NCBI GenBank assembly: GCA_963754945.1
Contig: CAVWIG010000017.1
Span: 192,001 to 256,000, forward strand
Length of the DNA stretch: 64,000 bases
Source: Methanotrichaceae archaeon
GTDB taxonomy: Archaea; Halobacteriota; Methanosarcinia; Methanotrichales; Methanotrichaceae
Direction of reading: 5' to 3'
The position numbers and the translations under genes are program-made. Under the pieces are notes generated by a model. It had not been told where the DNA came from. It worked only from the letters and a program-made list of their open reading frames with translations, and searched no databases. Within the stretch, counting starts at the first letter, position 1. Every line of letters starts with the position of its first letter. Below, piece after piece: positions 11,485 to 22,294 of this stretch.

Positions 11485-11709
11485 TCATTCAACGCTAATT
11501 TCTGTGGAGACGGGATATAGATTATCCCGCTCTTCCGGCACGACAATCCAGGCTATAATGTACGCTATAAGTCCCGCACCGAAGGATAGCACCAAGATCA
11601 AAGTAATCAGCCTGACGATGATCGGATCAATATCAAAATACTCAGCTAGACCGCCACAAATTCCAGCGATTATTCGATTCTTCCTCGAACGATAGAGCTT
11701 CTTGGCCAT
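11485..11709 (-). CDS. pspC: PspC domain protein
   Basis: KKLYRSRKNRIIAGICGGLAEYFDIDPIIVRL...YIIAWIVVP is the canonical PspC domain. ATG 11709 follows GAGG. Confidence 0.9.
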   Translation of the reverse strand: MAKKLYRSRKNRIIAGICGGLAEYFDIDPIIVRLITLILVLSFGAGLIAYIIAWIVVPEERDNLYPVSTEISVE

Positions 11710-11941
11710 TAGGACCTCACGCTTCAATTGTACAACGATTTTAATATAGCTTGTTCTTCATCATGGAAATTATCAATTTGCAGGATTTATAGCATTGCAT
11801 TTAAGAATCTCATCGAGCCACATCTTTTGGCACTTGAGGTTGTCATATCTTCGGGCACATTATTCTCAGCTTACTTCGACAGTTTCATCTATCCTTTCGC
11901 CAAGCTCATTTTGGTCATTCTCGCTTTTATTGCATAAGCGG

Positions 11942-12502
11942 CTATTGCAGTGCTTTCTGCGCGAGTTCTTTGGTCCATTTGCGGATTTCTTCCAAGTCTC
12001 GCGTGTCGATCAATCCTGGACTCGTCTCCTTGAACCCCGCTGCATCGAATTGCTTTATGAGGACACCCAGCGTTCGCCTGAAAATAAAACCCATTTTATT
12101 CTTATCCCAAACGCCGCCGAAAAGGCCCAGAGCAATCGGGTGCAAATGGTACTTCAATGCCTCATCTTCAAGATGCGACTTCTTGATTTTATTCAAGTCT
12201 TCCGTTTTGCCTTGGCGCTCGAAGAGTGATTTCATGGCTGAAGAAACGAAAATCGCAACCTTCTTTTGGGCCAGGTCTTTCTGGAAATCTTTCAGAAAAT
12301 CATCACTCTCACGGGTCCATTTGCCCATCTTGAGGCCGCCGCCAACGATAACAAGATTGAATTCCGAAATATCTTTGATTTCTTCTTTCTTGGCATCGAC
12401 TACTTTTACTTCGAAGTTTTCTTCGCGAAGGATTTTCGCGATTTCTTGTGAGGTTAGAGCTGTTGCACCATAGCGTGTGGCGTAAACGATTAGAGTTTTC
12501 AT
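11942..12502 (-). CDS. Flavodoxin domain protein (HemG-like)
   Basis: MKTLIVYATRYGAT FMN loop, VIVGG and C-terminal DTRDLEEIRKW. Start reassigned to ATG 12502. Confidence 0.85.
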   Translation of the reverse strand: MKTLIVYATRYGATALTSQEIAKILREENFEVKVVDAKKEEIKDISEFNLVIVGGGLKMGKWTRESDDFLKDFQKDLAQKKVAIFVSSAMKSLFERQGKTEDLNKIKKSHLEDEALKYHLHPIALGLFGGVWDKNKMGFIFRRTLGVLIKQFDAAGFKETSPGLIDTRDLEEIRKWTKELAQKALQ

Positions 12503-12600
12503 TTTCTCACATCCGATTGTGATTGAAACAATATAAATAGATCGAACCGTAAATAGTTTTGTGAGTAAACCGCCTCCTGGGTATACCGAACAGTACACTG

Positions 12601-13227
12601 ATGACTTCACAGCCTGCGCTGGTCCAAGAGCTGTGGGTGGAGGCAGCATCGCTGGTCTTCCTCCCGGCAGAGAACGTGTCATCTTCACAGTCATTCCAAG
12701 ATGGCCTGGTCTTCGGCGAAGACAAACAGGGCAATATCAACCACCTCTTCTATACGAATAATCCCACAACTGCCTACGAGAAGGTAGCCTGCTACGATGG
12801 TGCCAATTTCAACTACTCCCTGCTTGGAGCCTGTGTTATTCTTTTTCTATCGACGCTTATCTGGCCAATAGGCTTCATATTCAATCGCTGCCCAACAAAG
12901 ACAAAGCCTGTTAAGCTAGGCCGAGCTGCCAGGTGGCTTGCAGGAGTGGCTTGTTTGCTGGATCTGTTCTTCATAGCCGTACTGGCAGCTTTATTATCGA
13001 TCGACCCGATGTCGATTATTTACGGCATCCCCTCCTCGCTCATTGCTGTCCTAGCTATCGCAATGGCTGCATCGATCCTGGCGCTCTCATCCTCTGCACT
13101 AATAGCGCTTGCCTGGAAGGACGGCTACTGGGGCATTGCAGGACGGGTGCATCACTCTGGTTGTCCTGGCGTTGCTGTCTTTATCTGGTGGCTGAACAAC
13201 TGGAACCTGCTGGGCTTCAGGTTCTAG
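12601..13227 (+). pseudogene. C-terminal membrane part of a beta-lactamase-family serine hydrolase (N-terminus missing)
   Basis: LVFGED..G, RAARWLAG, AWKDGYWGIAGRVH and WLNNWNLLGFRF resemble the transmembrane tail of these hydrolases; no catalytic SxxK domain upstream. Confidence 0.55.
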
Positions 13228-13266
13228 TCCAACCTATTTTTCTGCCATGAGTGTTTATTGATTTTA

Positions 13267-14339
13267 TAGTCCCTAACATAACAGATTTAACTTATCATGT
13301 AAGAATTTGGGAATCCACGTTCTTGCAGAGGAAAGACTCTTCGTCAGGCCAAGAAAGCTGTCTCTCACAATTTCTATGAGTTCCAACTTATTTTCAATTT
13401 CAGATGCAGATATAATCCTCTTTATGCTTTTCCATAGATATTCTATCGGATTTAGGTCTGGAGAATAGGGTGGCAGATAGATCAATTCGATATCCAACGC
13501 TCTTGCTTTTTCTTTTACAATTTTTGCTTTATGTGTTGCGAAATTATCGAGAATCAAACAAATTCTATTTACAGGGTTGTTTCTTCTGACTTCGTATAGA
13601 AATTGGCAAAAATCTTCTTTTTTGGTATGAATTGGAAACTCAATCGTATCAATGCCATTAAGCATAAAACAACCTACGCAATTAGCGCTGAGATGCGCGG
13701 TTATCTTTTTCATCTTAAGTTCCTTAAACGACCAGAGCCGTTCGGTATTTGAGTTGACATTCTGTGATGACTCATCGACAAATCCTAAGATATCCCCCTC
13801 TTTAAGAATCAAGTTTTTTTTAAAATAGTTTCGGCATCATCTGGGCGTCTCTTATCTAGAACATAGGGCTTGGCATGATGCATATTCCACGACGTCAGCA
13901 TTCTCCAAACTTGCATTTCGGAATATTCTACATTGAATTTTTCTTTTATCAATAAGCGCACTTCTTTCAATGTCCAAGCATCTTTTTCACCCAGCAATCG
14001 CTTTAATTCTTCCCGTTCTGAATCCCCCAGTTTAGGCTTTGGACCGCCCGAAAAATTTGGCACAAGGCCAGCATATCCACCTTTGTTCCATGAATCAAGC
14101 CAGCTATAACCAGTCGGCTCTGTTATGTCTATTTTTTCGCAGGCTTCTTTAATCTTATCTCCTTTATAAAGAAACCTTATAAAATATAGTCTTTCAAGAA
14201 CGCGAACGGACTTTTCTTCTTTCTTAATTATTTTATTTAACTCGTCTAGTGTAATATGTTTTATGATCTCTTTCTCTTGCTTTCTTCCCATGAGGTTTTG
14301 TATGTTCTTGTTAGGTTAAAAAAGTTGCGTTAAAGACTA
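13267..14339 (-). mobile_element. IS630-family insertion sequence, about 1.07 kb
   Basis: Imperfect TIRs TAGTCCCTAACATAAC / TAGTCTTTAACGCAAC, each flanked by TA (13265-66, 14340-41); AT-rich; split transposase. Confidence 0.9.
13273..14291 (-). CDS. IS630 transposase, orfA (HTH) joined to orfB (DDE) by a -1 frameshift
   Basis: orfA ends TTA AAA AAA ACT TGA; the -1 frame continues NLILKEG...FVDES...ILDN...LPPYSPDLNPIE. Confidence 0.9.
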
Positions 14340-14479
14340 TAAGTCATATCTTGAATTGATGGCAATTTTCGTATCTCGAAAAAAGATTCTTGGGGAGGAG
14401 AAACCAAAGGACATTTGAATGGTAATTCGATAAATGTCCACTCGAAAGATCTATAGTCCATAAGTTCTTTGAACCGGTC

Positions 14480-14791
14480 ATGGAGTACAAACTGAAGAGG
14501 GGCTTTTCGCCCGACCTGGAGAGAATCAAGGGCGTACTGGAGAAGGAGTTCTCTTCCGAGGCCCGCCTGGATGGGGAAAAGCTCACCCTGAGCTACGGTG
14601 CCCTGAAGAGCATCGAGGTCAGGATCGAAAGCAAGAAGCTGGCGGTTGTTACGCAGTCAGAGCCTGGAGTCAGCGACTATCTGGCGATGGATACAAACAA
14701 GCGATTCAGGAACTTCCTGGAGAGTGCCACAGGGTACACGGCCAAGCAAAGATTGCAGATGGCCAAGAAGGATGTCCAGGGTAAAGACTGA
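14480..14791 (+). CDS. Conserved archaeal protein (DUF5611-like)
   Basis: MEYKLKRGF...SYGALK...FLESATGYTAKQR pattern. Confidence 0.75.
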   Translation: MEYKLKRGFSPDLERIKGVLEKEFSSEARLDGEKLTLSYGALKSIEVRIESKKLAVVTQSEPGVSDYLAMDTNKRFRNFLESATGYTAKQRLQMAKKDVQGKD

Positions 14792-14795
14792 AAAT

Positions 14796-15896
14796 TCAAT
14801 AGACCGTCAGCTTCCCCTGGACGAACTCCTCCACCAGGTCGTCGGTCCGCTCCAGCCAGTAGTCTATGACAGAGTCTATCCTGGCCTCTTTTGAGGCGGT
14901 GAGGTCCAGGTCTCCGCATACCTTCACCCCTCTGAGCAGCGGTTTGTTGAGAGGAGAGCCTATCTTGCTTACCAGGGTGACATAGGCCTCATCCACCCCT
15001 TCCAGCTCGGCGATCTCTTTTGCTATTCTCTCAGCCAGAACATTGTAGATCTTTCCCACATGGCTGACAGGATTTTTTCCTGCAATCGCCTCCATTGTCA
15101 TGGGCCGCATGGGGGTTATGAGCCCGTTTCCACGGTTTCCCCGACCGGTGGCTCCGTCATCTCCCATCTCAATAGAGGTGCCTGTAACCGTAAGAAAGAT
15201 GTCGCTGCCTGAATCAGCGGCATTGACGCTAACGTCCTCGGTCTTCGACCTTTTTACTACTACTTCCTTAACCCTGGCCTTGGCCTCCATGTAATCCTCC
15301 ATGGAGCTGATGTGCCTGGAGACCATAGCAGCAGCTACCACTATCTTGAGGTCTTCGCCCATCTGCACAGCCATTACCTTATTGTCTTCCCCAACACCCG
15401 GGACTGAGCGGATCTCCCTCTCGAGATCGAGGACCATTGTCTCCACGGAGTTCAAGGGTGCAAATCCGACTCCGATGGATGTGTCGTTGGCCCCACGGCC
15501 AATGAGGCTTCTCAGCTCCGGCGCTCCTTCCTCAGCTCTAGGCTCTACCCTGTAATCCACCAGGTTCTTCAGGGTCTTCTGAAAATGAGATGCCACAGCC
15601 TGGTTGAAAATCTCGTCCAGTGCCCTGCCAGACGGCCTGGTTGCCCTTCCGCCAATTACTACAGACGGAGGAATCAACACCCTCCCGCCACCGAACTCCG
15701 GCTCGCTTTTGCCAGCAATGATCAGGACCTTATCCACGTTGTGATGGAGGATCTGGCCATACTCCTCGATGTAATGCCTGCATAGCTCCCTTGAGATGGC
15801 CTCCGAGATGCCGTCGGCCAGGGTGTCGGGGTGCCCGATGCCTTTGCGCTCCACAACCTCAAAAGGAGGGCGAACGAACTTCTGAAGAGTTATCAT
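14796..15896 (-). CDS. mat: Archaeal S-adenosylmethionine synthetase
   Basis: [35 protein letters not shown] and [14 protein letters not shown]. Start at ATG 15896. Confidence 0.95.
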   Translation of the reverse strand: MITLQKFVRPPFEVVERKGIGHPDTLADGISEAISRELCRHYIEEYGQILHHNVDKVLIIAGKSEPEFGGGRVLIPPSVVIGGRATRPSGRALDEIFNQAVASHFQKTLKNLVDYRVEPRAEEGAPELRSLIGRGANDTSIGVGFAPLNSVETMVLDLEREIRSVPGVGEDNKVMAVQMGEDLKIVVAAAMVSRHISSMEDYMEAKARVKEVVVKRSKTEDVSVNAADSGSDIFLTVTGTSIEMGDDGATGRGNRGNGLITPMRPMTMEAIAGKNPVSHVGKIYNVLAERIAKEIAELEGVDEAYVTLVSKIGSPLNKPLLRGVKVCGDLDLTASKEARIDSVIDYWLERTDDLVEEFVQGKLTVY

Positions 15897-15952
15897 CTTA
15901 CCGCCTGAATAAATGACAATCAAGATTAATTATCTTTTCGAAAATTGAAGGG

Positions 15953-15989
15953 AGCACTTGAGTGTAGCACTCTGAGTACAGCACTCTAG
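15953..15989. repeat. Three tandem AGCACT(C)TGAGT-like units between divergent mat and pan
   Basis: AGCACTTGAGTGT, AGCACTCTGAGTAC and AGCACTCTAG at 15953, 15966 and 15980. Confidence 0.65.
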
Positions 15990-16170
15990 GGAGGCGAAGA
16001 TAATCTATCCCATGCAAGGATCGATCAAGGCGTCAATACATCACGGGATACATCAGTGCATCCCTGTTAGAAAATCACCAAAATGACTCAGAATATCCGG
16101 TCTCATATCCGATCTCCGAATATATTACAGGCATGGGTTTATATCCAAAAAAACCCAAGGTTTGTTTCAT

Positions 16171-17406
16171 ATGAGTGAATCAACGACAGTGTCGGACCAA
16201 GGCACAATTCAAGAGTCATTCGCAAAAAGGATCTCCGCTCTGGAGATGGAGATCAAGAACACAGCCGAGGAGCTGGAGTCCACAAAGATGGAACGGGAAG
16301 AGATAAGGGCCAAGCTCTTCGAATCCCTGATAACAAACAAGAAATACCTGCGCGAGGTGGAGAGGCTCAAGAAAGAGAACACTCTCCTACGAAGGATGCC
16401 TCTTTTCATGGCCACTGTGATGGAGGTGGCAGAGGATTACGTTCTTCTAAGGCAGCACGGAAACAACCAGGAGTTCATAACAGCAGCGCCTCCGGAGCTG
16501 ATGAGCAAGCTCGAGCCTAATACCCGCGTTGCAATTAACAACTCCCTGACCATAGTCAGGATTCTAGACAGATCCGTGGACGTCAGGGCCAAGACGATGG
16601 AGCTCATAGAGGCTCCAGACATCTCCTATGACCAGGTGGGTGGGTTGGATGAGCAGATCAATGAGATAAAGGAAACAGTGGAGCTGCCTTTAACAAGTCC
16701 CGAGATCTTTGCCGAGATCGGCATCGAGCCGCCAAGAGGTGTCCTGCTCTACGGCCTGCCTGGCACAGGCAAGACAATGCTGGCCAAGGCAGTAGCCCAC
16801 GAGTCCAAGGCCACCTTCATTCACATGTCCGGCTCAGAGCTGGTTCACAAATTCATAGGCGAGGGTGCTCAGCTAGTCCGTGACATCTTCCAGATGGCCA
16901 GAGAAAAGGCCCCGTCCATTCTGTTCATTGACGAGATAGACGCCGTAGGCAGCATCAGGACCCACGACGGGACAACAGGAAGCGCTGAGGTCAACAGGAC
17001 CATGATGCAGCTCCTGGCGGAGATGGACGGTTTTAGGACCAGGGGAGACATCAAGATAATCGCAGCCACAAACAGAATAGACATCCTGGACCCAGCACTT
17101 CTCCGGCCCGGACGGTTTGACAGGATAATCGAGATACCCATGCCTACTTTAGAGGGCAGGCATAAGATCTTGGAGATTCACGCCCGTAAGATGAAGAAGG
17201 CTCAAAATATAGATCTCCTGGAGATCGCAAAGCAAACCGAGGATGCGAGCGGAGCAGACCTGAAATCCATTGTTGTCGAGGCAGGCATGAACGCCATCAG
17301 AACAGGCGCACACGAAGTGACAGTCCAGGATTTCGAGAAGGCCATAAAGAAGGTGCTGGGTGATGAGGAGGATAGCACCTTAGAAGCCATGAGGATGTTC
17401 ACCTAA
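16171..17406 (+). CDS. pan: Proteasome-activating nucleotidase
   Basis: N-terminal coiled coil and OB region, Walker A GLPGTGKT, Walker B FIDEID, SRH ATNRIDILDPALLRPGRFDR and C-terminal HbYX-like MFT. Confidence 0.95.
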   Translation: MSESTTVSDQGTIQESFAKRISALEMEIKNTAEELESTKMEREEIRAKLFESLITNKKYLREVERLKKENTLLRRMPLFMATVMEVAEDYVLLRQHGNNQEFITAAPPELMSKLEPNTRVAINNSLTIVRILDRSVDVRAKTMELIEAPDISYDQVGGLDEQINEIKETVELPLTSPEIFAEIGIEPPRGVLLYGLPGTGKTMLAKAVAHESKATFIHMSGSELVHKFIGEGAQLVRDIFQMAREKAPSILFIDEIDAVGSIRTHDGTTGSAEVNRTMMQLLAEMDGFRTRGDIKIIAATNRIDILDPALLRPGRFDRIIEIPMPTLEGRHKILEIHARKMKKAQNIDLLEIAKQTEDASGADLKSIVVEAGMNAIRTGAHEVTVQDFEKAIKKVLGDEEDSTLEAMRMFT

Positions 17407-17618
17407 ATTTGCCCAAAATCAGGCGGATAGAGTTCCGCCTCCTCTTTCTTTATGCGCTTCTTGCTGAAGTATCTAAAACCATAAGATCCTTTAACTCATA
17501 ATATTCTTTGACCTACAAATTCGTTTCTTCCGAGATCTCGTAACTCGTTTAGCATTTTGAAAACCTCTTTCCCATCCATCGGAAACTTTTATGTAGACTC
17601 AACCTATATTCGGTATCG

Positions 17619-18545
17619 ATGGATGTCAATACGATCAAAGACTTGGCCGATCCCTTGATTCTTAGTCACAGGATTCAGGCGAGCGTTGATTCCATTGCAG
17701 GTCAGCACGTCAACATGACCTCCATCGACATTCTCCTCCAGACCATTCACGACATTAACCCGATACCAACTCTTATCAACCTGATCATAATCCTGATCAT
17801 CGCATTTCTTACCTATTATGCCGCCAAGTTCGCAGATAGGATGCTGGCAAACTACATTCCCAAGGTAGTAGGTAGGGCCGAGATCGAGCTGGATGAGACT
17901 GTTGGCGTAATGATAAGAAGAGTGGTCTCCGCCTCCATCTACGTCCTGGGATTAATGCTGATAATTCTTCAGATACCTCAGCTCCATAGCCTGGCTACAG
18001 TGATGCTGGCATCAGCAGGCTTGGCAGGCCTGGCAATCGGTTATGCAGCTAAGGATTCCCTGGCAAACTTCACCTCGGGCGTATTCATAGCAATCTTCAG
18101 GCCATTTCGGGTGGGGGATTGGGTAGACTTCCGGAGCGACTACGGTGTTATAGAGGATTTGACGTTTCGACACACAGTGATTCTGACCAAGGATTACCGC
18201 AGGATCATTGTGCCAAACAACATCATGAGCAACGAGCCGATCATAAACTGGACCATAAAAGAGCCGGTGATCACCTGGAACGTGGACTTCGATCTAGCAC
18301 GGGCATCCGATATCGATAAGGCCAAGGAAATCATACTAGAAGAGGCCAGAAAACATCCCTATGTGCTGAAGGACAGGACAATAAAAGTGCTTGTGAGCGA
18401 TTCGAGATACGCGGAGCTGAACCTGAAACTCTACATAGACATCCCTGGAAGAGCCATGGCCAGCGACATAGCTTCAGACGTCAGGGAAGCTGTCAAGAAG
18501 AGGTTCGAGGCGGAGGGCATACCGCCGGCAAAAAGGGAAGACTGA
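17619..18545 (+). CDS. mscS: Small-conductance mechanosensitive channel (MscS family)
   Basis: Three TM helices, GLAIGYAAKDSLANFTSG, RPFRVGDWV and IVPN. Confidence 0.92.
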   Translation: MDVNTIKDLADPLILSHRIQASVDSIAGQHVNMTSIDILLQTIHDINPIPTLINLIIILIIAFLTYYAAKFADRMLANYIPKVVGRAEIELDETVGVMIRRVVSASIYVLGLMLIILQIPQLHSLATVMLASAGLAGLAIGYAAKDSLANFTSGVFIAIFRPFRVGDWVDFRSDYGVIEDLTFRHTVILTKDYRRIIVPNNIMSNEPIINWTIKEPVITWNVDFDLARASDIDKAKEIILEEARKHPYVLKDRTIKVLVSDSRYAELNLKLYIDIPGRAMASDIASDVREAVKKRFEAEGIPPAKRED

Positions 18546-19115
18546 TCATACCTTTGTGAGCTTGTCTCTTATTATCCTCTGTAGTGGCTCAATCTGTCCG
18601 CGCTTTGCGCTTATGGGGGCTATCTTTTCCGACCATTGACGCCAAGGAGGAAGCATTCCGAGGCGCTCGGCTATGGCATCCAGGACCCAGTCCGTATCTT
18701 TTTTGGCTATCCTGTCTATCTTGTTCGCCGCCATAACCACGTCCAGTCCCAGATCACTTAAAAACTCATAAAGCTCGATTTCCAGGGGAACCTCTCCCCG
18801 GCCCTCCCATCGATCGGCAATGTCCAGGAAAGACCCAGTGTCTATCACTTGAACTGCCAGGAGGATCTCGCTTGCGTTCTCTTCGAAATAGTTAACTATT
18901 AGGTCTTTGGCCTTGTCCTGATCCGCCTTGCTAATATTCTGCATGAAACCATAACCCGGCATATCCACGTAGAAGACGTTGCCAACCTGGACTTTGAAAT
19001 AGTACCTAGTGATCCCGGGCCTCCTACCGACTCTGACCTTCTTTCCAGTAAGCGCCTTGAAAAGAGTAGACTTGCCGACGTTAGACCTGCCGATTAGGAC
19101 AATCTCCTTGGGCAT
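18546..19115 (-). CDS. engB: GTP-binding protein EngB
   Basis: GRSNVGKS, PGIT, DMPGYG, NKID and ISAK motifs. Confidence 0.93.
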   Translation of the reverse strand: MPKEIVLIGRSNVGKSTLFKALTGKKVRVGRRPGITRYYFKVQVGNVFYVDMPGYGFMQNISKADQDKAKDLIVNYFEENASEILLAVQVIDTGSFLDIADRWEGRGEVPLEIELYEFLSDLGLDVVMAANKIDRIAKKDTDWVLDAIAERLGMLPPWRQWSEKIAPISAKRGQIEPLQRIIRDKLTKV

Positions 19116-19185
19116 AGCCCAATAAATGTAGCCCGTATTGAAAAGGTTGTCTTTGATAGAGCTAAGATTAGAGCTAATTAAAGAG

Positions 19186-20034
19186 CTAAAAAGTGCCTCG
19201 GGATTTCATGGCTCTGTGCCAGTTCTCTCTCTCCCAGAGGTCCAAGGCACCCGTTTCCTCGTCCAGATAGCTTCTCATCCGCTCGATTAACAGATTCCAA
19301 TCCACCTGATGAGCATCGAACTCTGGACCATCCACACAGCCGAACTTGACCTCGCCGCCCACTGAGCACCGGCAAGCTCCGCACATCCCAGTCCCATCAA
19401 CCATCAATGGCATTAGGCTGACCCTTGTCTTCACATCGAGCGGCCTGGTGGTGTTGGCAATCTCCATCATCATGAAGCTGCAGCCCACGGCGAAGACTCT
19501 GTCTATTTTCTCCTCGCCCATAAGTTTTGCCAGCGGCTTGGTTCCAAAGGCGGCCTCGGCGCTTCCGTCTCCGCAGGTGGTTATGAGCCGATCGGAGACG
19601 GCTTTCAGTTTGTCCAGCCAGAAGAGCCAGTCTTTGTTCCTGGCCTCCACAATGAAGATAACCCTGTTTCCTGCTTCCTTAAGGGCTCTGGCAAGGGCAT
19701 AGCCCGGCCCGATTCCAAAGCAGCCGCCAACAACGACCACAGTACCGTAGTTCTCGATCCGGGCCGGAGTCCCAAGGGGTCCGGCTACGTTGAGAATAGA
19801 ATCTCCCTTCTCAAGAGCCGCCAGCTTTCGAGTGGAAACCCCGACGTCCTGCACGATCACTGTGATGGAATCTTCATCCCAGTCGGCCAGGCTGAGGGGA
19901 ACACGCTCTCCAGTCTCATCGACGCGAACGATCACGAATTGACCGGGCTTTACCTTTCCGGCCACATCGGGTGCGCTGATCCTAAGCCTCACAAGGCCCG
20001 GTGACAGAAGCTCCTTCTCAAGGACTTCATACAT
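19186..20034 (-). CDS. NfnA/SudB/PyrK-type FAD/NAD-binding [2Fe-2S] subunit
   Basis: PGQFVIVR..GERVPLSL, GPLG, GGCFG and DGTGMCGACRC...CVDGPEFD; overlaps the upstream gene. Confidence 0.9.
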   Translation of the reverse strand: MYEVLEKELLSPGLVRLRISAPDVAGKVKPGQFVIVRVDETGERVPLSLADWDEDSITVIVQDVGVSTRKLAALEKGDSILNVAGPLGTPARIENYGTVVVVGGCFGIGPGYALARALKEAGNRVIFIVEARNKDWLFWLDKLKAVSDRLITTCGDGSAEAAFGTKPLAKLMGEEKIDRVFAVGCSFMMMEIANTTRPLDVKTRVSLMPLMVDGTGMCGACRCSVGGEVKFGCVDGPEFDAHQVDWNLLIERMRSYLDEETGALDLWERENWHRAMKSRGTF

Positions 20035-22294
20035 CCCTTCTTACCCCCACATAGCAGACCCTGCCGTCCATGATCCTGCTCAAATCTGATTGAATATCTA
20101 TTCGGAGAACTCCTCTGGGGACTCTTATTGATACTTTCGAAACGGCTTTGATGCTTCCCCTGTTCGTATCGAGGATAATCCTGTCACCGCTGGAGATCCC
20201 CAGGGATTTGGCGTCCTCAGGATTCAACTCCGCCCATCTATCCCTGGTCAAGTACCTCAGATCGGGAATCCTGGACGTCCTTGTGCCGCTTCCAAAGGAA
20301 TACAGGCTTGGACCAGCCAAAAGGATAAACTGGGCGTTGTCTGAAGGCTTTTCTGGAGCCTTCAGGACAGAAGACTCTATGTCTGCCTCATTCTGTGCGG
20401 GTTGACCTTGCATCTCCCTGAGGACAGATTCAGGACCTTCAAAATCGAATCCAACAGCGCTCATTTTAGCTGCAAGCAGGGCTGTGATCTGCCAGTCTGA
20501 CCTCGACCCGGCCAGAGGCTCTATTGCCTTTTTAAGCCTCAACAGCTCTCCGCCGGGTCCTGAGTAGGTGCCATCGACTTCGGCAAAGCTGGCCGCTGGA
20601 AAGACCACACTCGCCAGCTTGGCAGTCTCTGTCAGGAAGATGTCCTGGACAACAAGGAACTCCAGCCCGGACAGAGACTCTACCATCTCCGGCATCGCCC
20701 TAGCCGGGTTGCTGCCCACGATATAGGCAGCCTTGATCTTTCCTAGGGAGATAGCCTGAATGGTCTCATGGTAATCTCGGCCCATGCCGAGAATGGAGAC
20801 CCCCTGAGAGTTGCAGTTTGCACCCAAAACCGCCAGCCTCCCCTTCAGGGCCTTGGCCAATCGGCTTGCAGCTACGACTATATCGGCACAGCAGTCCGGC
20901 CCGATCACCAGAGTTGCGCCCGCCAGCGAGAGAGCCACGTTACGTATCTCTTCTTCGGTCACTCCTGAGCCGTTCAAATCCAGATCCTCTCCCGAGATCG
21001 CTCTGGTGAGAGCTACAAGGATGCTGGCCTCTTGCCCGGGCACTGGCGCTAGCCACGTGGAGGACGCCCTGGCTAGGCCGGTCTTCAATGGGCTTATAAC
21101 AACCAGGTTCTTTGCCGATCTAAGGGCCAGTTCTGTCGCAGGATTGGTTTCGGCCAGGTCGCCCACGACGAGAACAGAGCCGGCTGAAATTAGATCCTCA
21201 TGCTTTATTCCTGAGGCTATTGCGTCCGGGGCCACGGCAACGCTATTCATGACCTCACGGGCAAACTTCTGGACAAGGTAGAGGGCTTCGTTTGTGCAGA
21301 CACCGGAGGTGATTGCTGCGAACTGCTCACCTGAGTATCTGGCAAGCCCCTCCGCCGCCACAGCCAATGCCTCGTCCCAGCCAGCCTCGACCAGTTTTCC
21401 GTTCTTCCGGATTAGAGGCAACTTCAGCCTGGACGGATCCTGGACGAAACCTGTCCCGAATCTTCCCCGAACGCATAGTTTATCTCCGACAGATGTCACC
21501 CGCAGCAGCTTTCCGCCAGCAACCTCTAGGCCGATCTGACAATTGGCGCTGCAGAAGGGACAGGTGGTAATTATCACGTCATCGGACGGGCCCGACCACC
21601 TCTCCGCTCGTTCAGCCAGAGCGCCTGTGGGACAGACGTCGACACACGCCCCGCAGAACCTGCACCCCACTTCTTCCAGCGGCTTCTCGAAGGCAGTTCC
21701 AATGCCCGCCTCGAACCCCCGGAAGATGAAAGAGATGGCGCCAGCTAATCGTTCCTCACAGGCGCGAACGCAACGGCCGCACAGGATACACAAGTTGGGG
21801 TCACGATCGAAGAAGGGGCTCCGTACAACTTGTTTGGATGAGCCGATGTGGGAAAGCTCAACCTTCTCCAGGCCGATAAGCTCCACAGTCTCCTGGAGGG
21901 CGCACCTTTGGTCTTTTGGGCAATACCGGCATCCCATGGTCTGGGGCACCTTTCTCATGGGTTCTCTGGCCTCATCACACCTACCGGCGCGCTCGCAGGT
22001 CAAACAATTCGATGGATGTTCGGAGAGGAGCATCTCCAGGATACTTTTCCGGAGATCCAAAAGGGCGGGAGTGCTGGTCCGGACGACCATCCCTTCATTG
22101 ACGGGCAAGGTGCAGGATGAAGGAAAACCGCGGATGCCCTCGATCTCAACAAGGCACAGCCTGCAGCCGCCATAGGGCTTCAGGCCGGGGTAATCGCACA
22201 GGCCAGGTATCCTTATCCCGGACCGCATTGCAGCTTCCTTGACGGTGGTACCAGCCGGAACATCTACCAGAACGTCGTCGATCTTCAGATGCAC
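20027..22294 (-). CDS. NuoG/FdhA-like Fe-S subunit with a degenerate molybdopterin domain
   Basis: N-terminal [2Fe-2S], HxxxCxxC cluster, two [4Fe-4S] motifs and CPFCSANC. The FdhA catalytic CARL(C/U)H segment after QKFARE is absent. Confidence 0.85.
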   Translation of the reverse strand: MHLKIDDVLVDVPAGTTVKEAAMRSGIRIPGLCDYPGLKPYGGCRLCLVEIEGIRGFPSSCTLPVNEGMVVRTSTPALLDLRKSILEMLLSEHPSNCLTCERAGRCDEAREPMRKVPQTMGCRYCPKDQRCALQETVELIGLEKVELSHIGSSKQVVRSPFFDRDPNLCILCGRCVRACEERLAGAISFIFRGFEAGIGTAFEKPLEEVGCRFCGACVDVCPTGALAERAERWSGPSDDVIITTCPFCSANCQIGLEVAGGKLLRVTSVGDKLCVRGRFGTGFVQDPSRLKLPLIRKNGKLVEAGWDEALAVAAEGLARYSGEQFAAITSGVCTNEALYLVQKFAREVMNSVAVAPDAIASGIKHEDLISAGSVLVVGDLAETNPATELALRSAKNLVVISPLKTGLARASSTWLAPVPGQEASILVALTRAISGEDLDLNGSGVTEEEIRNVALSLAGATLVIGPDCCADIVVAASRLAKALKGRLAVLGANCNSQGVSILGMGRDYHETIQAISLGKIKAAYIVGSNPARAMPEMVESLSGLEFLVVQDIFLTETAKLASVVFPAASFAEVDGTYSGPGGELLRLKKAIEPLAGSRSDWQITALLAAKMSAVGFDFEGPESVLREMQGQPAQNEADIESSVLKAPEKPSDNAQFILLAGPSLYSFGSGTRTSRIPDLRYLTRDRWAELNPEDAKSLGISSGDRIILDTNRGSIKAVSKVSIRVPRGVLRIDIQSDLSRIMDGRVCYVGVRRDV

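Noticed and set aside
20027-22294. Selenocysteine or true formate dehydrogenase alpha subunit
   Set aside because: No in-frame TGA, and the ligand-bearing segment is missing.
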